A stretch of 64,000 nt of DNA from an uncultured Poribacteria bacterium (GCA_951812525.1 OX638316.1:2472506-2536505); one strand, 5' to 3'; numbered from the stretch's first letter, positions 48,148 through 59,128 are shown. Numbers and translations: made by a program. Notes: a model not told the origin generated them from the letters alone.

Positions 48148-50025
48148 ATGTACAAAGCGCAACTTACACAGACTCCTCAATTGACGCAAAAAATGTCTAT
48201 TACACCGAGGCTGCAACAGGCGCTTAAAGTGCTTAATATGCCCCTGCAGGAACTGACGCAATTTATCGCTCAAGAATTAGAGCAGAATCCCCTCCTTGAA
48301 TTTGAAGAAGAAGAGACCGCTATTCCCCATGAAGAACTAGATTCAACACTTGAATGGAATGAGCCAGAGACAAATATCGACCAAAAAGATACCGCTGTCG
48401 ATATTGATTGGGAGACCGTTTTCGAGGATCGTGCCTCACTTAGTGAGCGGATGAATTTTAGATACTTGGAAACTGACGAGTTACCATCGGATATACCAGA
48501 AGAACGCTTATTACATGAGCATCTTGCTGAGCAACTCCAACTCGCTTACCCCCATATTATAACATCTGAAACAGAGTTCGCTATTGGAAAATGCATTCTT
48601 GGAAATCTAAATGATGATGGGCAATTAGAACTCAAACTGTTTCAGATTCCATGCGAATTCGTAACAGAACTGGAGGATGAATATCTCTCAACAGAGCTGC
48701 ACAGCATTATTCAGAAGAACTTGCAGACGGTAACTAATGATAGCCAATTCTCAAAAGCAGCTACAATTACTGCGAAAAAAATCGTATGTCCTGCCGCCGG
48801 AAATGATGGCGTGCGTGTTGAGCGGACATGGAAAATCAGAGATGACGATAACAAAAAGACATATACTATTCTGTATGAAAAACCTCCGTGTAGCGATAGA
48901 CTGGTGTTGAACTTCTATCAGTTGACATTGGAAGATATTGCCGATGAGGTAGGGTGTGATACAGCATTAGTTGAAGTTGTACTTCGCAAGATACAAGATA
49001 CCTTTGAACCACTCGGCATTGCATATCGAGATGTCCGGGAGTCGCTGCTAATCCAGATTCGCAATCTGAATAGCGGGGTCCGAGAAATCGGGCAGGAGAA
49101 TGGTTCATATCTCTCATCAGCGGCTGAACGAGAACTCCCAGATTTTTTACGTGAGAACAGACCCACGTGCCATCTCGCCCAAGAGATCGTCGAAAAGCAA
49201 TTTAATGCTTTTCTCAATCAGAAATGGGACTCTATTGCTGGAGCATTAAAAGTTGACATCGCAGATATTGATGCTGCTATACAGTGGATACGGACCTTAT
49301 CTCCATATCCAGGGCGCTACTTCACGGATCCAATGACGCGCACCTTGAAAAAAGGTCCCCTCGCTGAAGCCGTTACACCCGATGTGGAAATACAGTATCT
49401 TAATGGAAGGTATCAAGCTATTGCTGTAGATAGTTACATACCTCGATTGCAGATAAATCCTTACTATCTGAATATCATGCAGAACCGTCAGGATACCTTG
49501 GATCCGGAAGCAAAAGAATGGATAGAAAAACGGTATCGTGATGCTGCAAATCTGCTCAGCAGTCTCGCACAGCGCGGCAGCACTATCGCTCGAGTTGCTG
49601 AAGCCATCTTTGAGATACAAACCGACTTCCTAACACAGGGTGTTAAAGGTATTAAACCGCTAACATTGAGAACGATAGCTGAAAAACTCGGCATTCATGA
49701 ATCAACTGTCAGTCGCGTAACGAGCAATAAGTATGTACAGACCCCACACGGTATGTATCCGTTACGGTTTTTCTTCAGTAATGAGCTGTCAACAACACAG
49801 GGTGACGGTGTTTCTGCTAAGCAGGTGAAAAGTCTGATTGAAGAAATGATTATGGACGAAGCACCCGCGAAACCTCTTAGCGATCAAGCAATCAGTAATT
49901 CCTTGAAAGCAAAGGGTATCCGAGTCGCAAGGCGAACCATTCAAAAATACCGAGATGAATTAGGTATCCCGACATCACGTGAAAGATATTCTGTCCGTGG
50001 AAATTCTCGCACCAATGGATCTTGA
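48148..50025 (+). CDS. rpoN: RNA polymerase sigma-54 factor, an elongated form (625 aa)
   Basis: Region I MYKAQLTQTPQLTQKMSITPRLQQALKVLNMPLQEL. The C-terminal RpoN box is ARRTIQKYRDELGIPTSRER. Region II is long and acidic. Confidence 0.95.
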   Translation: MYKAQLTQTPQLTQKMSITPRLQQALKVLNMPLQELTQFIAQELEQNPLLEFEEEETAIPHEELDSTLEWNEPETNIDQKDTAVDIDWETVFEDRASLSERMNFRYLETDELPSDIPEERLLHEHLAEQLQLAYPHIITSETEFAIGKCILGNLNDDGQLELKLFQIPCEFVTELEDEYLSTELHSIIQKNLQTVTNDSQFSKAATITAKKIVCPAAGNDGVRVERTWKIRDDDNKKTYTILYEKPPCSDRLVLNFYQLTLEDIADEVGCDTALVEVVLRKIQDTFEPLGIAYRDVRESLLIQIRNLNSGVREIGQENGSYLSSAAERELPDFLRENRPTCHLAQEIVEKQFNAFLNQKWDSIAGALKVDIADIDAAIQWIRTLSPYPGRYFTDPMTRTLKKGPLAEAVTPDVEIQYLNGRYQAIAVDSYIPRLQINPYYLNIMQNRQDTLDPEAKEWIEKRYRDAANLLSSLAQRGSTIARVAEAIFEIQTDFLTQGVKGIKPLTLRTIAEKLGIHESTVSRVTSNKYVQTPHGMYPLRFFFSNELSTTQGDGVSAKQVKSLIEEMIMDEAPAKPLSDQAISNSLKAKGIRVARRTIQKYRDELGIPTSRERYSVRGNSRTNGS

Positions 50026-50124
50026 ACCTCCGGCGAGGAGAAACTCTATTTTCTCAGCTATTAGGCGGTTACTTAGCCTCGAATCTACTGTTCGAGGCGC
50101 ACACAGAAAGAGAGGAAAATCCAA

Positions 50125-50685
50125 ATGAAAGTAACATATTCCGGACATAACTTGAAAATTACCGATGACCTTCATGCACACATTCTGAAGCGTGCTGATA
50201 AAATTGAAGCCCGTTTTGGGGGGATGCACGAGTTAAACGTCGTCCTTAAAGCGGAAAAGCATCGGTTTGACGCTGAGATGATAGTCACAGCACCACGTGT
50301 GTCGTTCTATGCGAAAAGCCATACTGATGAGGTGGTGTCTGCACTGGACAGCGCGGCAGATAAAATTGTCAGCCAGATTCGTCGTTATAGAGACAGAGTG
50401 AAAGACCGAAGAAATGTCGTGCCGCACCGGGAAGTCGTCGCACAACTCAATCCAAACGGAGACGAGGAGTTGCCTTTGGAAATTGATGCCGTCGATACTC
50501 CGTCTATTGTGGCAACGCAAGAGAAATTCGCCTCCAAGCCACTCACTGTCGCAGAAGCCGCAACAGAACTTCAAGCCTCGAACGCAGCCTTCCTCCTATT
50601 TCTGAACGCCGAGACACGGCAGGTGAATCTGCTCTACGAAATGGCAAAAGGGACATACGGGTGGGTAGAACCGCTCTTCGCTTAA
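50125..50685 (+). CDS. hpf: Ribosome hibernation promoting factor (long form)
   Basis: N-terminus MKVTYSGHNLKITDDLHAHI. The position downstream of rpoN is conserved. Confidence 0.9.
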   Translation: MKVTYSGHNLKITDDLHAHILKRADKIEARFGGMHELNVVLKAEKHRFDAEMIVTAPRVSFYAKSHTDEVVSALDSAADKIVSQIRRYRDRVKDRRNVVPHREVVAQLNPNGDEELPLEIDAVDTPSIVATQEKFASKPLTVAEAATELQASNAAFLLFLNAETRQVNLLYEMAKGTYGWVEPLFA

Positions 50686-50731
50686 TGGTACCGCTCGCAA
50701 GCCAGCATTGCAAAGAAAGGTCTTGAAAAAT

Positions 50732-53401
50732 ATGGCAAATCTTCCGAAAACTTATACCCCTCAGGAAATTGAGGGGAAATGGTACCAATTTTGGCAGAAA
50801 AACGACTACTTTCACGCTGAAGCGACTTCCGAGAAATCGCCCTACGCAATTGTGATCCCCCCACCGAATATCACGGGTAGTCTACATATCGGGCATGCAC
50901 TGGATAACACGCTCCAAGATTGCCTCATCCGATGGCGCCGCATGCAAGGCTATAACACGCTTTGGATGCCAGGGACAGATCACGCCGGTATTGTCACCGA
51001 ACTGATTATGGAGCGACAGCTCGCTGAAGAGGGCACCAGTCGCACGACCATCGGTCGCGAAAAATTCATCGAACGCATGTGGCAGTGGAAAGCCGAATCT
51101 GCTGGCTATATAGTCTCACAGCTCCAACAAATGGGATGTTCTTGCGATTGGGAACGCGAGCGTTTTACGCTTGATGAAGGGCTCTCTGAAGCTGTTCGCA
51201 CTGCTTTTGTCAAGTTTTACAATCAGGGTCTTATCTATCAGGACACCTACATGGTGAATTGGTGTCCGCAGTGCAACACGGCAATCAGTAATCTTGAAGT
51301 GGAACCCATTGAGATAGATGGTAACTTCTACCATATCCGCTATCCAGTCAAAGATAGCGATGTTGTGCTTGAAATTGCTACCACGCGACCAGAGACAATG
51401 TTGGGCGACACCGCTGTTGCTGTGCATCCCGACGATGAGCGGTACCAACACCTGATCGGGAAAACGGCACACCTTCCGTTGTGTGACAGGGAGATCCCAA
51501 TAATTGCCGATGTTTATGTCGATAGAGAATTCGGTACTGGTGCCTTGAAAGTGACGCCAGCACACGATACCAACGACTATGAGATTGGCTTGCGACACGA
51601 CCTCGAACAACGCACTATTTTCACACGAGATGGAGATATAAACGAAAATGCACCTGAAAAATACGTCGGCTTATCAAGATGGGACTGTCGTAAACAGGTC
51701 GTGGAAGATTTACAAAATGCTGACTACCTCGTCAAAATTGTGCCGCATCGACACGCCGTTGGGCATCATGATCGATGTGGTGCCATTGTTGAACCTGCCG
51801 TATCTTTGCAGTGGTTTATGAATGTCCGACCCCTTGCCCAGCGTGCAATAGAGGCGACCCAAAAAGGTGAGGTCAAATTTATTCCAGAACGCGAAACTGC
51901 TCGTTTCTATCATTGGATGGAGAACATCGAACCTTGGCCCATCGCACGCCAACGGTGGTGGGGACACCAGATTCCGATATGGTACTGTAATTCCTGCGAG
52001 ACAATCATCGCTGCGATGGAAAAACCGCAGCAGTGCAAGTGTGGTGCGTCCGATTTTCGACAAGAAGAAGATGTCTTAGATACCTGGTTCAGTTCTGGAC
52101 TCTGGCCCTTCTCCACTATGGGATGGCCAGAAGAAACGCCAGAATTGGAAACCTTCTATCCTACCTCTGTTCTTGTGTCCGGTTGGGATATCCTCTTCTT
52201 CTGGGTATCCAGAATGGTAATGTTAGGGCTCGGATGTATGGATGAAGTTCCGTTCCGTACTGTCTATCTGCATGGACTTGTTGCCGATGAAAAGGGACAG
52301 AAAATGAGCAAGTCGAAAGGGAATAGCATCGATCCATTGGAGACAATTGCTACCTATGGAGCGGATGCCTTCCGTTTCGCACTCACGAATGCAAGTACAC
52401 CAAACCCTTATGTCGCGCTTCCAGAGTCGCAGATTGAGGCAGGCAGACGATTTGCCAACAAAATCTGGAACGCCGCCCGATTCATGCTCATGAATTTAGA
52501 GAAACATCCTGTTCCTGCAGAGACAGAGACAGTTGGAGGTGCTCAGGAAGTATTGGAGATCGCGTGGATACGGAGTCGTCTTAACTACACTATTCAAACA
52601 ACGACCGATGCACTTGAAAACTTCCGATTCCATGAAGCAGCACAAACACTCTACGCCTTTCTCTGGCATGAATTCTGTGATTGGTACTTGGAATTCACCA
52701 AACAGCGAGTCGCCCAAGATGAACCAGAGGCTCTCTGGGTAGCCGCTGATGTTTTGGAACAGACGATGCGCCTAATCCACCCGATCATGCCATTTTTGAG
52801 CGAGGAAATTTGGCAACAACTCCCACATGGCGGTAGCAGCGGCGGATCTGCAGCTGACAGAAGTTCTGTGACCGTTGCTCCCTGGCCAGAGCCGCTCGGA
52901 GAAAATCCAACGGCGGAAACCACTATGGCAACGCTTATGGAGGTCATTGAGAGCATTCGGAGCATTCGGGGTGAGTTAAATGTCCCGATTGGTGCCTCCG
53001 TAGAGATCCACATCCAGTCACCAGATGCCGAAGTACGGAAGCGGCTCGAAACGTATCTACCGCAGTACTTGCCGGCTTTTACGCGGGTGGCGGACATCAC
53101 CATTGCTGAAACGTTACAAAAACCGCCTGCTTCAGCGGAAGCCGTCATCGGGCAACTTGCCATCTACATTCCACTTGCCAATGTAATCGATTTGGATACT
53201 GAACGCGAGAGGCTCAGCAAACGGCATCAACAAGCAGTCAAGGATGTAACAGCAGCGCAAAAAACTTTGGATAATCCCAATTTCATCCAGCGAGCCCCGG
53301 AAAAGGTCGTTGCACAAAAAAGGGCACAACTTGAACGGCTACTGATTGAACAGGAGAAATTAGCCCGAAGTATAGCGATGCTCACCCAATCAACGGAGTA
53401 A
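50732..53401 (+). CDS. valS: Valine--tRNA ligase
   Basis: HIGH motif PPPNITGSLHIGHAL, KMSKS motif KMSKSKGN and a C-terminal coiled coil. The start is set at MANLPKTYTPQEIE by comparison with E. coli ValS. Confidence 0.95.
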   Translation: MANLPKTYTPQEIEGKWYQFWQKNDYFHAEATSEKSPYAIVIPPPNITGSLHIGHALDNTLQDCLIRWRRMQGYNTLWMPGTDHAGIVTELIMERQLAEEGTSRTTIGREKFIERMWQWKAESAGYIVSQLQQMGCSCDWERERFTLDEGLSEAVRTAFVKFYNQGLIYQDTYMVNWCPQCNTAISNLEVEPIEIDGNFYHIRYPVKDSDVVLEIATTRPETMLGDTAVAVHPDDERYQHLIGKTAHLPLCDREIPIIADVYVDREFGTGALKVTPAHDTNDYEIGLRHDLEQRTIFTRDGDINENAPEKYVGLSRWDCRKQVVEDLQNADYLVKIVPHRHAVGHHDRCGAIVEPAVSLQWFMNVRPLAQRAIEATQKGEVKFIPERETARFYHWMENIEPWPIARQRWWGHQIPIWYCNSCETIIAAMEKPQQCKCGASDFRQEEDVLDTWFSSGLWPFSTMGWPEETPELETFYPTSVLVSGWDILFFWVSRMVMLGLGCMDEVPFRTVYLHGLVADEKGQKMSKSKGNSIDPLETIATYGADAFRFALTNASTPNPYVALPESQIEAGRRFANKIWNAARFMLMNLEKHPVPAETETVGGAQEVLEIAWIRSRLNYTIQTTTDALENFRFHEAAQTLYAFLWHEFCDWYLEFTKQRVAQDEPEALWVAADVLEQTMRLIHPIMPFLSEEIWQQLPHGGSSGGSAADRSSVTVAPWPEPLGENPTAETTMATLMEVIESIRSIRGELNVPIGASVEIHIQSPDAEVRKRLETYLPQYLPAFTRVADITIAETLQKPPASAEAVIGQLAIYIPLANVIDLDTERERLSKRHQQAVKDVTAAQKTLDNPNFIQRAPEKVVAQKRAQLERLLIEQEKLARSIAMLTQSTE

Positions 53402-53402
53402 C

Positions 53403-53867
53403 ATGACGGTTGATATGCAATCTGACACATCTGCGAACCTCGCACTAAATAATGATCACTGCTTCGTCTGCGGCATGAGAAATCCGTTCGGCTTGCAGGT
53501 TAAACCCGAAATTATAGATGCGGGTGCATTTGTTCATATTGAATGTACGCCTCCAGAACACTTGCAAGGGTGGGCAGACATCTTACACGGTGGTATCCTC
53601 AGCACGTTGTTAGATGAAGCGATTACTTACGTCGGGATAAGTACGTTCAATCAGCATGCAGTGACAGCACAACTTGAAGTCCGTTTTCGCAACCCGGCAC
53701 CGACGCGTGTGAAACTATTTGTTGCTGCAGAGCGTATTAAGGTTTCGCGGAGGATAGTAGAGGCAAAAGCAGAGGTTACGCTCAGTGATGGCACGCTCAT
53801 CGCTACAGGCACTGGTAAGGTAGTACCGGTTAGTGAAAATTTCGCACCTAAGACACCCGTTCAGTAG
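53403..53867 (+). CDS. Hotdog-fold thioesterase (PaaI/YbgC-like)
   Basis: The N-terminal DHCFVCGMRNPFGLQ motif is typical of PaaI-type thioesterases. Size 154 aa. Confidence 0.75.
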   Translation: MTVDMQSDTSANLALNNDHCFVCGMRNPFGLQVKPEIIDAGAFVHIECTPPEHLQGWADILHGGILSTLLDEAITYVGISTFNQHAVTAQLEVRFRNPAPTRVKLFVAAERIKVSRRIVEAKAEVTLSDGTLIATGTGKVVPVSENFAPKTPVQ

Positions 53868-53946
53868 GAAAAGAATGCTTCTGCTAACGGGCTAAACCTT
53901 AACCATTCCACATAGTCCGTTGTTTCCTTGTTTGTCAAAGCAATTT

Positions 53947-55665
53947 ATGGAAAATCCAACATCTCTGATGAATCCCAAGAGGCGTTCAAGTTGGGACACC
54001 GATGTCCTTATCATCGGTAGTGGTGCTGCCGGATTACGTGCTGCCCTTGCTGCGAGCGAACACGCCGATGTAACCTTAATCACCAAAACTACACTCACAG
54101 AGAGCAACACGCACTATGCCCAAGGCGGTATCGCTGTTGTCATGAACCTTGATGACACGATTGCCTTGCACATAAAAGATACTTGTGATGCTGGTGCTGG
54201 TTTGTGTGATACTCAAGCCGTTGAGATGATGGTATCTGAGGGCATTCCAAGGGTCGCTGAGCTGCTGGATTGGGGCGCAAACTTTGATTGGGAGGGAACA
54301 CTACCTCGCTTTACACAAGAAGCAGCGCACAGTCGACGCCGAATTGTCCATAAAGGGGACGCAACCGGACGTGAAACAACCGATGTTCTCATTCAACGCG
54401 TGTTGAACACTGAACGCATCCACGTTCTACAAAGTGCGTTTGCTATTGATCTGCTAACGGATGCAAATGTGGCGAAGGGAAATCAGAAAACCGTCACATG
54501 TTACGGGACTACCGCCGTTGTGGATGGAGAGTTGGTCTCTATCCGAGCGAAAGCCACGATTCTTGCCACAGGCGGGCTGGGGCGTGTCTACCCCTGCACC
54601 TCTAATCCGAAGGTAGCAACCGGCGACGGTTTCGCGGCGGCTTGGCGCGCTGGATGTGAAATGGTCGATATGGAATTCGTTCAGTTTCATCCAACGACAC
54701 TCTACTTAGACGGTGCTCCCAACTTTTTGATTTCTGAAGCCGTCCGCGGGGAAGGCGGACAGCTTATCAATATACGTGGTGAGCGCTTTATGGGGAAATA
54801 TCACGAGAAGGGCGAACTCGCACCGCGCGATGTCGTCAGTCGTTCCATACAAATAGAGATGGAATTAACCGGATTCCCATGTGTTTACCTCGATATTACC
54901 CATAAACCGGCTGAATTTATCGTTGAACGGTTTCCAACTATCTCTGATACGACAAAACATTTCGGCTTAGACATTAGTATTGACTTAATACCCGTCCGCC
55001 CTGGTGCCCACTTTATGATGGGTGGTATTCGCACTAACACGGATACAGAAACCAACATTAAAGGGCTTTACGCGTGTGGGGAAGTGGCATGCACAGGTGT
55101 CCATGGAGCAAACCGCTTGGCGAGCAACTCCCTTTTGGAATGCCTCGTTTACGGTGCTCGTGCTGGCACAAACGCCGCAATATTTGCCACATCACAATCC
55201 CCCGATCACCCACCTGATATACCTATGATCGGTAATGCATCAGCTTCTATTGAAACAGATTTAGACTTTATGGAAACGGCAAAGGACGTTATTCGGGAAA
55301 CTCTCTGGGAAAACGTGAGCATTGAAAGAAACGGCGAGGGTTTAAAACAAACCCTCGCCGAATTGCAAGATTTAACAGTAAGGTTGGGGAACCCGCAAAC
55401 GGTGCCAGAAGAAACCGCAGAAACGGTTAACCCAACTGGCAGAATTCATTCGATTTCACCAACGTTTCTCCAAACAACAGATGTAGAGATGATTGAAACA
55501 GTTAATATGCTCGATGTCGCTTTGATGATAACCCGATCCTCACTTATTCGCACCGAAAGCCGTGGGGCACACTACCGCGCTGATTTTCCAACACAAAACG
55601 ATATCGACTGGTACCGCCGTATTCTCCTCACACAAGACCAAGCACCAAAAATAATCCCACTTTAA
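53947..55665 (+). CDS. nadB: L-aspartate oxidase
   Basis: FAD-binding N-terminus DVLIIGSGAAGLRAAL, then QGGIAVV, and a C-terminus with the fumarate-reductase/succinate-dehydrogenase flavoprotein fold. Confidence 0.9.
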   Translation: MENPTSLMNPKRRSSWDTDVLIIGSGAAGLRAALAASEHADVTLITKTTLTESNTHYAQGGIAVVMNLDDTIALHIKDTCDAGAGLCDTQAVEMMVSEGIPRVAELLDWGANFDWEGTLPRFTQEAAHSRRRIVHKGDATGRETTDVLIQRVLNTERIHVLQSAFAIDLLTDANVAKGNQKTVTCYGTTAVVDGELVSIRAKATILATGGLGRVYPCTSNPKVATGDGFAAAWRAGCEMVDMEFVQFHPTTLYLDGAPNFLISEAVRGEGGQLINIRGERFMGKYHEKGELAPRDVVSRSIQIEMELTGFPCVYLDITHKPAEFIVERFPTISDTTKHFGLDISIDLIPVRPGAHFMMGGIRTNTDTETNIKGLYACGEVACTGVHGANRLASNSLLECLVYGARAGTNAAIFATSQSPDHPPDIPMIGNASASIETDLDFMETAKDVIRETLWENVSIERNGEGLKQTLAELQDLTVRLGNPQTVPEETAETVNPTGRIHSISPTFLQTTDVEMIETVNMLDVALMITRSSLIRTESRGAHYRADFPTQNDIDWYRRILLTQDQAPKIIPL

Positions 55666-55734
55666 AGGTTAAATTTTGGAGAAGTTTTAACGCAAAGGTT
55701 CAATAGATCCTCGGCAATTGCAAGTTATTGAGGG

Positions 55735-58014
55735 CTAAAAACCTTGTAATCGCTTTTCCGAAATCTCTGTTGTTGAATTCACCGCCGGTGGTTCATCTGT
55801 TTTTCGATAGATTCCGACATAGTGATCGTAACTATCGATAACTTTCTTGATATGCAGCCGGGTCTCTCGGATAGTGATTTTCTCTACGAATTCGTCAATA
55901 TCCTTTATATTTTTTGATGCCACCCATCGCTTCATCCGCCCTGGACCGCCATTATACGCACCAGTTACCAACATTGGGTTACCATCAAATAACGAATTGA
56001 GATAATCAATATACTTTATGCCCATCCGAATATTCACGTCAGGTTGTTTGAGCATTGAGGTTCGGAAACGACGGATTTTGAGCTGCTGGGCGAGTTCTTT
56101 TCCAGTGGCGGGCATAATCTGCATCAACCCGATCGCACCTGCCCAACTGACTGCTTGTGCATTGTATCGGCTCTCTTCTAAAATCATTGCGGCAATTAAA
56201 AAGGTATCTACGTTATACAGTTTGGCGTATTTCTCGACTGTGTTAGCATAATAGCGCGGATAGAGTTTCCGTTGGAGTTTCTCTACGTCCGCGCGCGTTG
56301 CGTTTGCAAAGGCTGGGCTGTCAAGCGACTGTTCAGTTAGTTTCCGAGCTTTATCGTACATTGCGAGTCGTTCATAGCACGTAATCAAATCATAAAAGCA
56401 TTGGCGCTCAGAGAGTGAGGTAGTGCTAATGTGATGGTCCAAATGCGCAATTGCATCTTCATAAAGCCTGAGTTCCATCAACAGTGAAATTTGATGTGGA
56501 CACGCCTCACGCACCGGTAATTCGGCATCCTGGATAGCTTTCGGTTCCAATTCAGATGCAGCGATACCCAGAATCGCTTTTGCCCTGGCAGTATAATACC
56601 AGTATCCTGATTCAGCAACTTCCTTATATAGTTTCCGCGCAAGTCCTGGCTGGTTTTGACGTTCTCGTATCTTTGCCATCCAGAAGTGGGCACCCATCGC
56701 GTAGCGATTCCCTGGGAAGTTTTCCTTTAACCCTTTGAAAGCGTTGTAACTTTCTTCATAGCGTTTCTCGTCAAAGCGCTGCCAACCTGTTCGCCATGCC
56801 GCTACATCGGCGTATGGACTCTTGGGTGCTGCCTTAATTAGACGGGCGTAGGCATCGATTGCTGATTCCGACTTGCCTCTCTTTTCGTAAATTTGCGCAA
56901 TATCGTACAGCGCATCGTCTACGAACTCGCTCCATGCGTAGTCTTTCACAAACTTCTCAAGTCGGCTGGTTGTGGTTTTCAGATGCCCTTTCCGACGGTA
57001 ACATTGTGCTATTTGATAGGTCGCGCGCGTTAAATATTCATGTTTATCTCCGAGCGCAATCACAGCATCGAACTTTTTAATCGCAGTATTATACCATCGG
57101 CGTTCCTGATAACTTCGCCCAATAAGGTAAAGCGCATTCGCACGCATATTCAAGTCTTCCGTATTGGGAATCCGTTCCAATTCCGCTACAGCCGCCTTCC
57201 ATTGCTTGTGCGAATAATAGACTAAACCAGTATTGATTCGATCCTTAGAAGTAAGCACTAAAGACCTGTTTTTTCGCATAAGTTGTTTAAGTCGACCGAG
57301 TGCTTCTTTGGCAATGTTATCTGATTGCTTTTCTGTAATGAGTTCGCGATACACATTGAACGCTGCAACAATTTCACCGAATTCTTCATCGCAACGTGCC
57401 AGTCCAAAGACAGCTCCTCTGGTGTATTGCGGGTGCTTAACCAATTCGACTAACTGCGGTTTTGCTGCTTCGTACTGTTTCTGATCAAGATATAGCTCCG
57501 CTAAAGTCCATTTTGACTCTGAAATATACAGACTCGTTGGATGATCCTTGACGAGTTTTGCATACCACTTTATCGCCTTTGTTTTGTTGTTCATGCTTTC
57601 ATACAGTCGTGCAAGGCGATAAATGGCATAGTCTGCTAATGGATAATTAAACGAGGCAACTCGAGCGTAGTGATGGACTGCTTTTGGACGGTTCCGAAGT
57701 TTCTCGTAGTTATAACCGAGGGCATGATGAATCTCAAACTTCTCTGCCTCGGATAGATCGGCTTGCAATAAAGCCTCCAGTTTCAAAACTGCACTTTTGC
57801 GCTGTCCTTTGTCAACCAGAGCGAAGGCTTCTTGCCATGCAACACTACGTTCTTCATCAGCGAAGACCGGTGTTCCTGTTAAAAAGCAGCTATAAACCAG
57901 TACCAGCAAACCCAAAAAGAATTTCTGGATGATAATGGAATCTAATACTGTATATGGGTTCGCTTTTTTGTCGGACTGGGTTAGATTTCTGCTAAAAAAT
58001 TTTATATATCTCAT
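55735..58014 (-). CDS. slt: Soluble lytic murein transglycosylase (Slt70-like: superhelical TPR-like N-terminal region plus a C-terminal SLT lysozyme-like domain)
   Basis: The C-terminal segment AAMILEESRYNAQAVSWAGAIGLMQIMPATG is the SLT domain, including the catalytic Glu. A signal/TM segment lies near the N-terminus. Confidence 0.8.
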   Translation of the reverse strand: MRYIKFFSRNLTQSDKKANPYTVLDSIIIQKFFLGLLVLVYSCFLTGTPVFADEERSVAWQEAFALVDKGQRKSAVLKLEALLQADLSEAEKFEIHHALGYNYEKLRNRPKAVHHYARVASFNYPLADYAIYRLARLYESMNNKTKAIKWYAKLVKDHPTSLYISESKWTLAELYLDQKQYEAAKPQLVELVKHPQYTRGAVFGLARCDEEFGEIVAAFNVYRELITEKQSDNIAKEALGRLKQLMRKNRSLVLTSKDRINTGLVYYSHKQWKAAVAELERIPNTEDLNMRANALYLIGRSYQERRWYNTAIKKFDAVIALGDKHEYLTRATYQIAQCYRRKGHLKTTTSRLEKFVKDYAWSEFVDDALYDIAQIYEKRGKSESAIDAYARLIKAAPKSPYADVAAWRTGWQRFDEKRYEESYNAFKGLKENFPGNRYAMGAHFWMAKIRERQNQPGLARKLYKEVAESGYWYYTARAKAILGIAASELEPKAIQDAELPVREACPHQISLLMELRLYEDAIAHLDHHISTTSLSERQCFYDLITCYERLAMYDKARKLTEQSLDSPAFANATRADVEKLQRKLYPRYYANTVEKYAKLYNVDTFLIAAMILEESRYNAQAVSWAGAIGLMQIMPATGKELAQQLKIRRFRTSMLKQPDVNIRMGIKYIDYLNSLFDGNPMLVTGAYNGGPGRMKRWVASKNIKDIDEFVEKITIRETRLHIKKVIDSYDHYVGIYRKTDEPPAVNSTTEISEKRLQGF

Positions 58015-58265
58015 TTCAATCCTTACTTTAGGTCCTCCTGCAGTAAGTTAATGTAAATTCAATTGCGGCGAAGATAAATTTCGGATTGCGATCTTAAATG
58101 CCTTGCCACATATTGTAACGTTCTTTAAAGACAAAAGGCAACAAAAAAGTGGACGTTGGAGAAATCATTTGCCAAATTTCGGGTCGTTGTGTTACACTTA
58201 ATTCAGACTTAACCAACTGCACGGTTTGGATGCAAGTGTATGTCAAGAACTAAGGAGAGTATTTA

Positions 58266-59039
58266 ATGGAAATTGTAGCACTCGGGAAAACAGATTTAAA
58301 TGTTTCTCGACTTTCGATTGGCACTGGATCAAATGGCTGGAACGGTCGCTCAAATCAGACGGATTTGGGGTTTGAAGCGTTACGCGACCTGCTCCTGTTT
58401 TCTTATGAAAAAGGTGTGACATTTTGGGATTCTGCCGATCAATACGGGAGTCACCCGCACGTCAAGGCAGCTCTTGAAGAACTGCCACGAGAAAGCGTCA
58501 CCATCACCACGAAAACGGTATCCCGCACACGAGAAACGGTAGAGGCAGACGTAAAACGGTTTCTAAAAGAGATTGGGTCTGATTATGTTGACATTGTGCT
58601 CCTCCACTGCCTCACACAGGTCGATTGGCCGCAACGTTATCCAGATGCAATGGAAGCACTCGTCCGTTGTAAAGAGCAGGGATTAATTCGCGCACACGGT
58701 GTATCCTGTCATGATTATGGCGCGTTCCAAACATCCGCAATGACAGAATGGGTTGATGTCGTCTTGGCTCGCATTAATCACGCTGGTGTTCACATGGACG
58801 CATCGCCCGCCGATGTCATCCGTACAATGGAACAGATGGCATTTGCTGGAAAAGGTATCTACGGCATGAAAGTGCTGGGACAGGGGAAGTTGGCGGAAGA
58901 CGCGACCGGTCAACGCGATGCGATTGAATTCGTGATGAACTTACCCTGCGTACATGCCATGACTATCGGTATGACCTCAGAGAGCGAAGTAGAAGCAAAT
59001 GTTGACGTTGTCAACGAATTGTCGGAGAAACTGTTGTAG
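58266..59039 (+). CDS. Aldo/keto reductase
   Basis: AKR N-terminus LGKTDLNVSRLSIGTGS and ...FWDSADQYGSH. AGGAG ribosome-binding site. Confidence 0.85.
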   Translation: MEIVALGKTDLNVSRLSIGTGSNGWNGRSNQTDLGFEALRDLLLFSYEKGVTFWDSADQYGSHPHVKAALEELPRESVTITTKTVSRTRETVEADVKRFLKEIGSDYVDIVLLHCLTQVDWPQRYPDAMEALVRCKEQGLIRAHGVSCHDYGAFQTSAMTEWVDVVLARINHAGVHMDASPADVIRTMEQMAFAGKGIYGMKVLGQGKLAEDATGQRDAIEFVMNLPCVHAMTIGMTSESEVEANVDVVNELSEKLL

Positions 59040-59128
59040 CGATTCGCCACTTTTATGGAAGCGCGAGATACTGTGCCCTGTTCTTTGATAGTAGTATCAT
59101 CGCGCCGGACCGAAACGAGAAAGAACGC

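Noticed and set aside
52651-53163. 170-aa antisense ORF inside valS (similar cases: 40109..40552 inside the peptidase gene, 5498..5809 inside the SIS gene, 51116..51610 inside valS)
   Set aside because: These are fully embedded antisense to strongly supported conserved genes. They have no ribosome-binding site and low-complexity composition. They are typical shadow ORFs.
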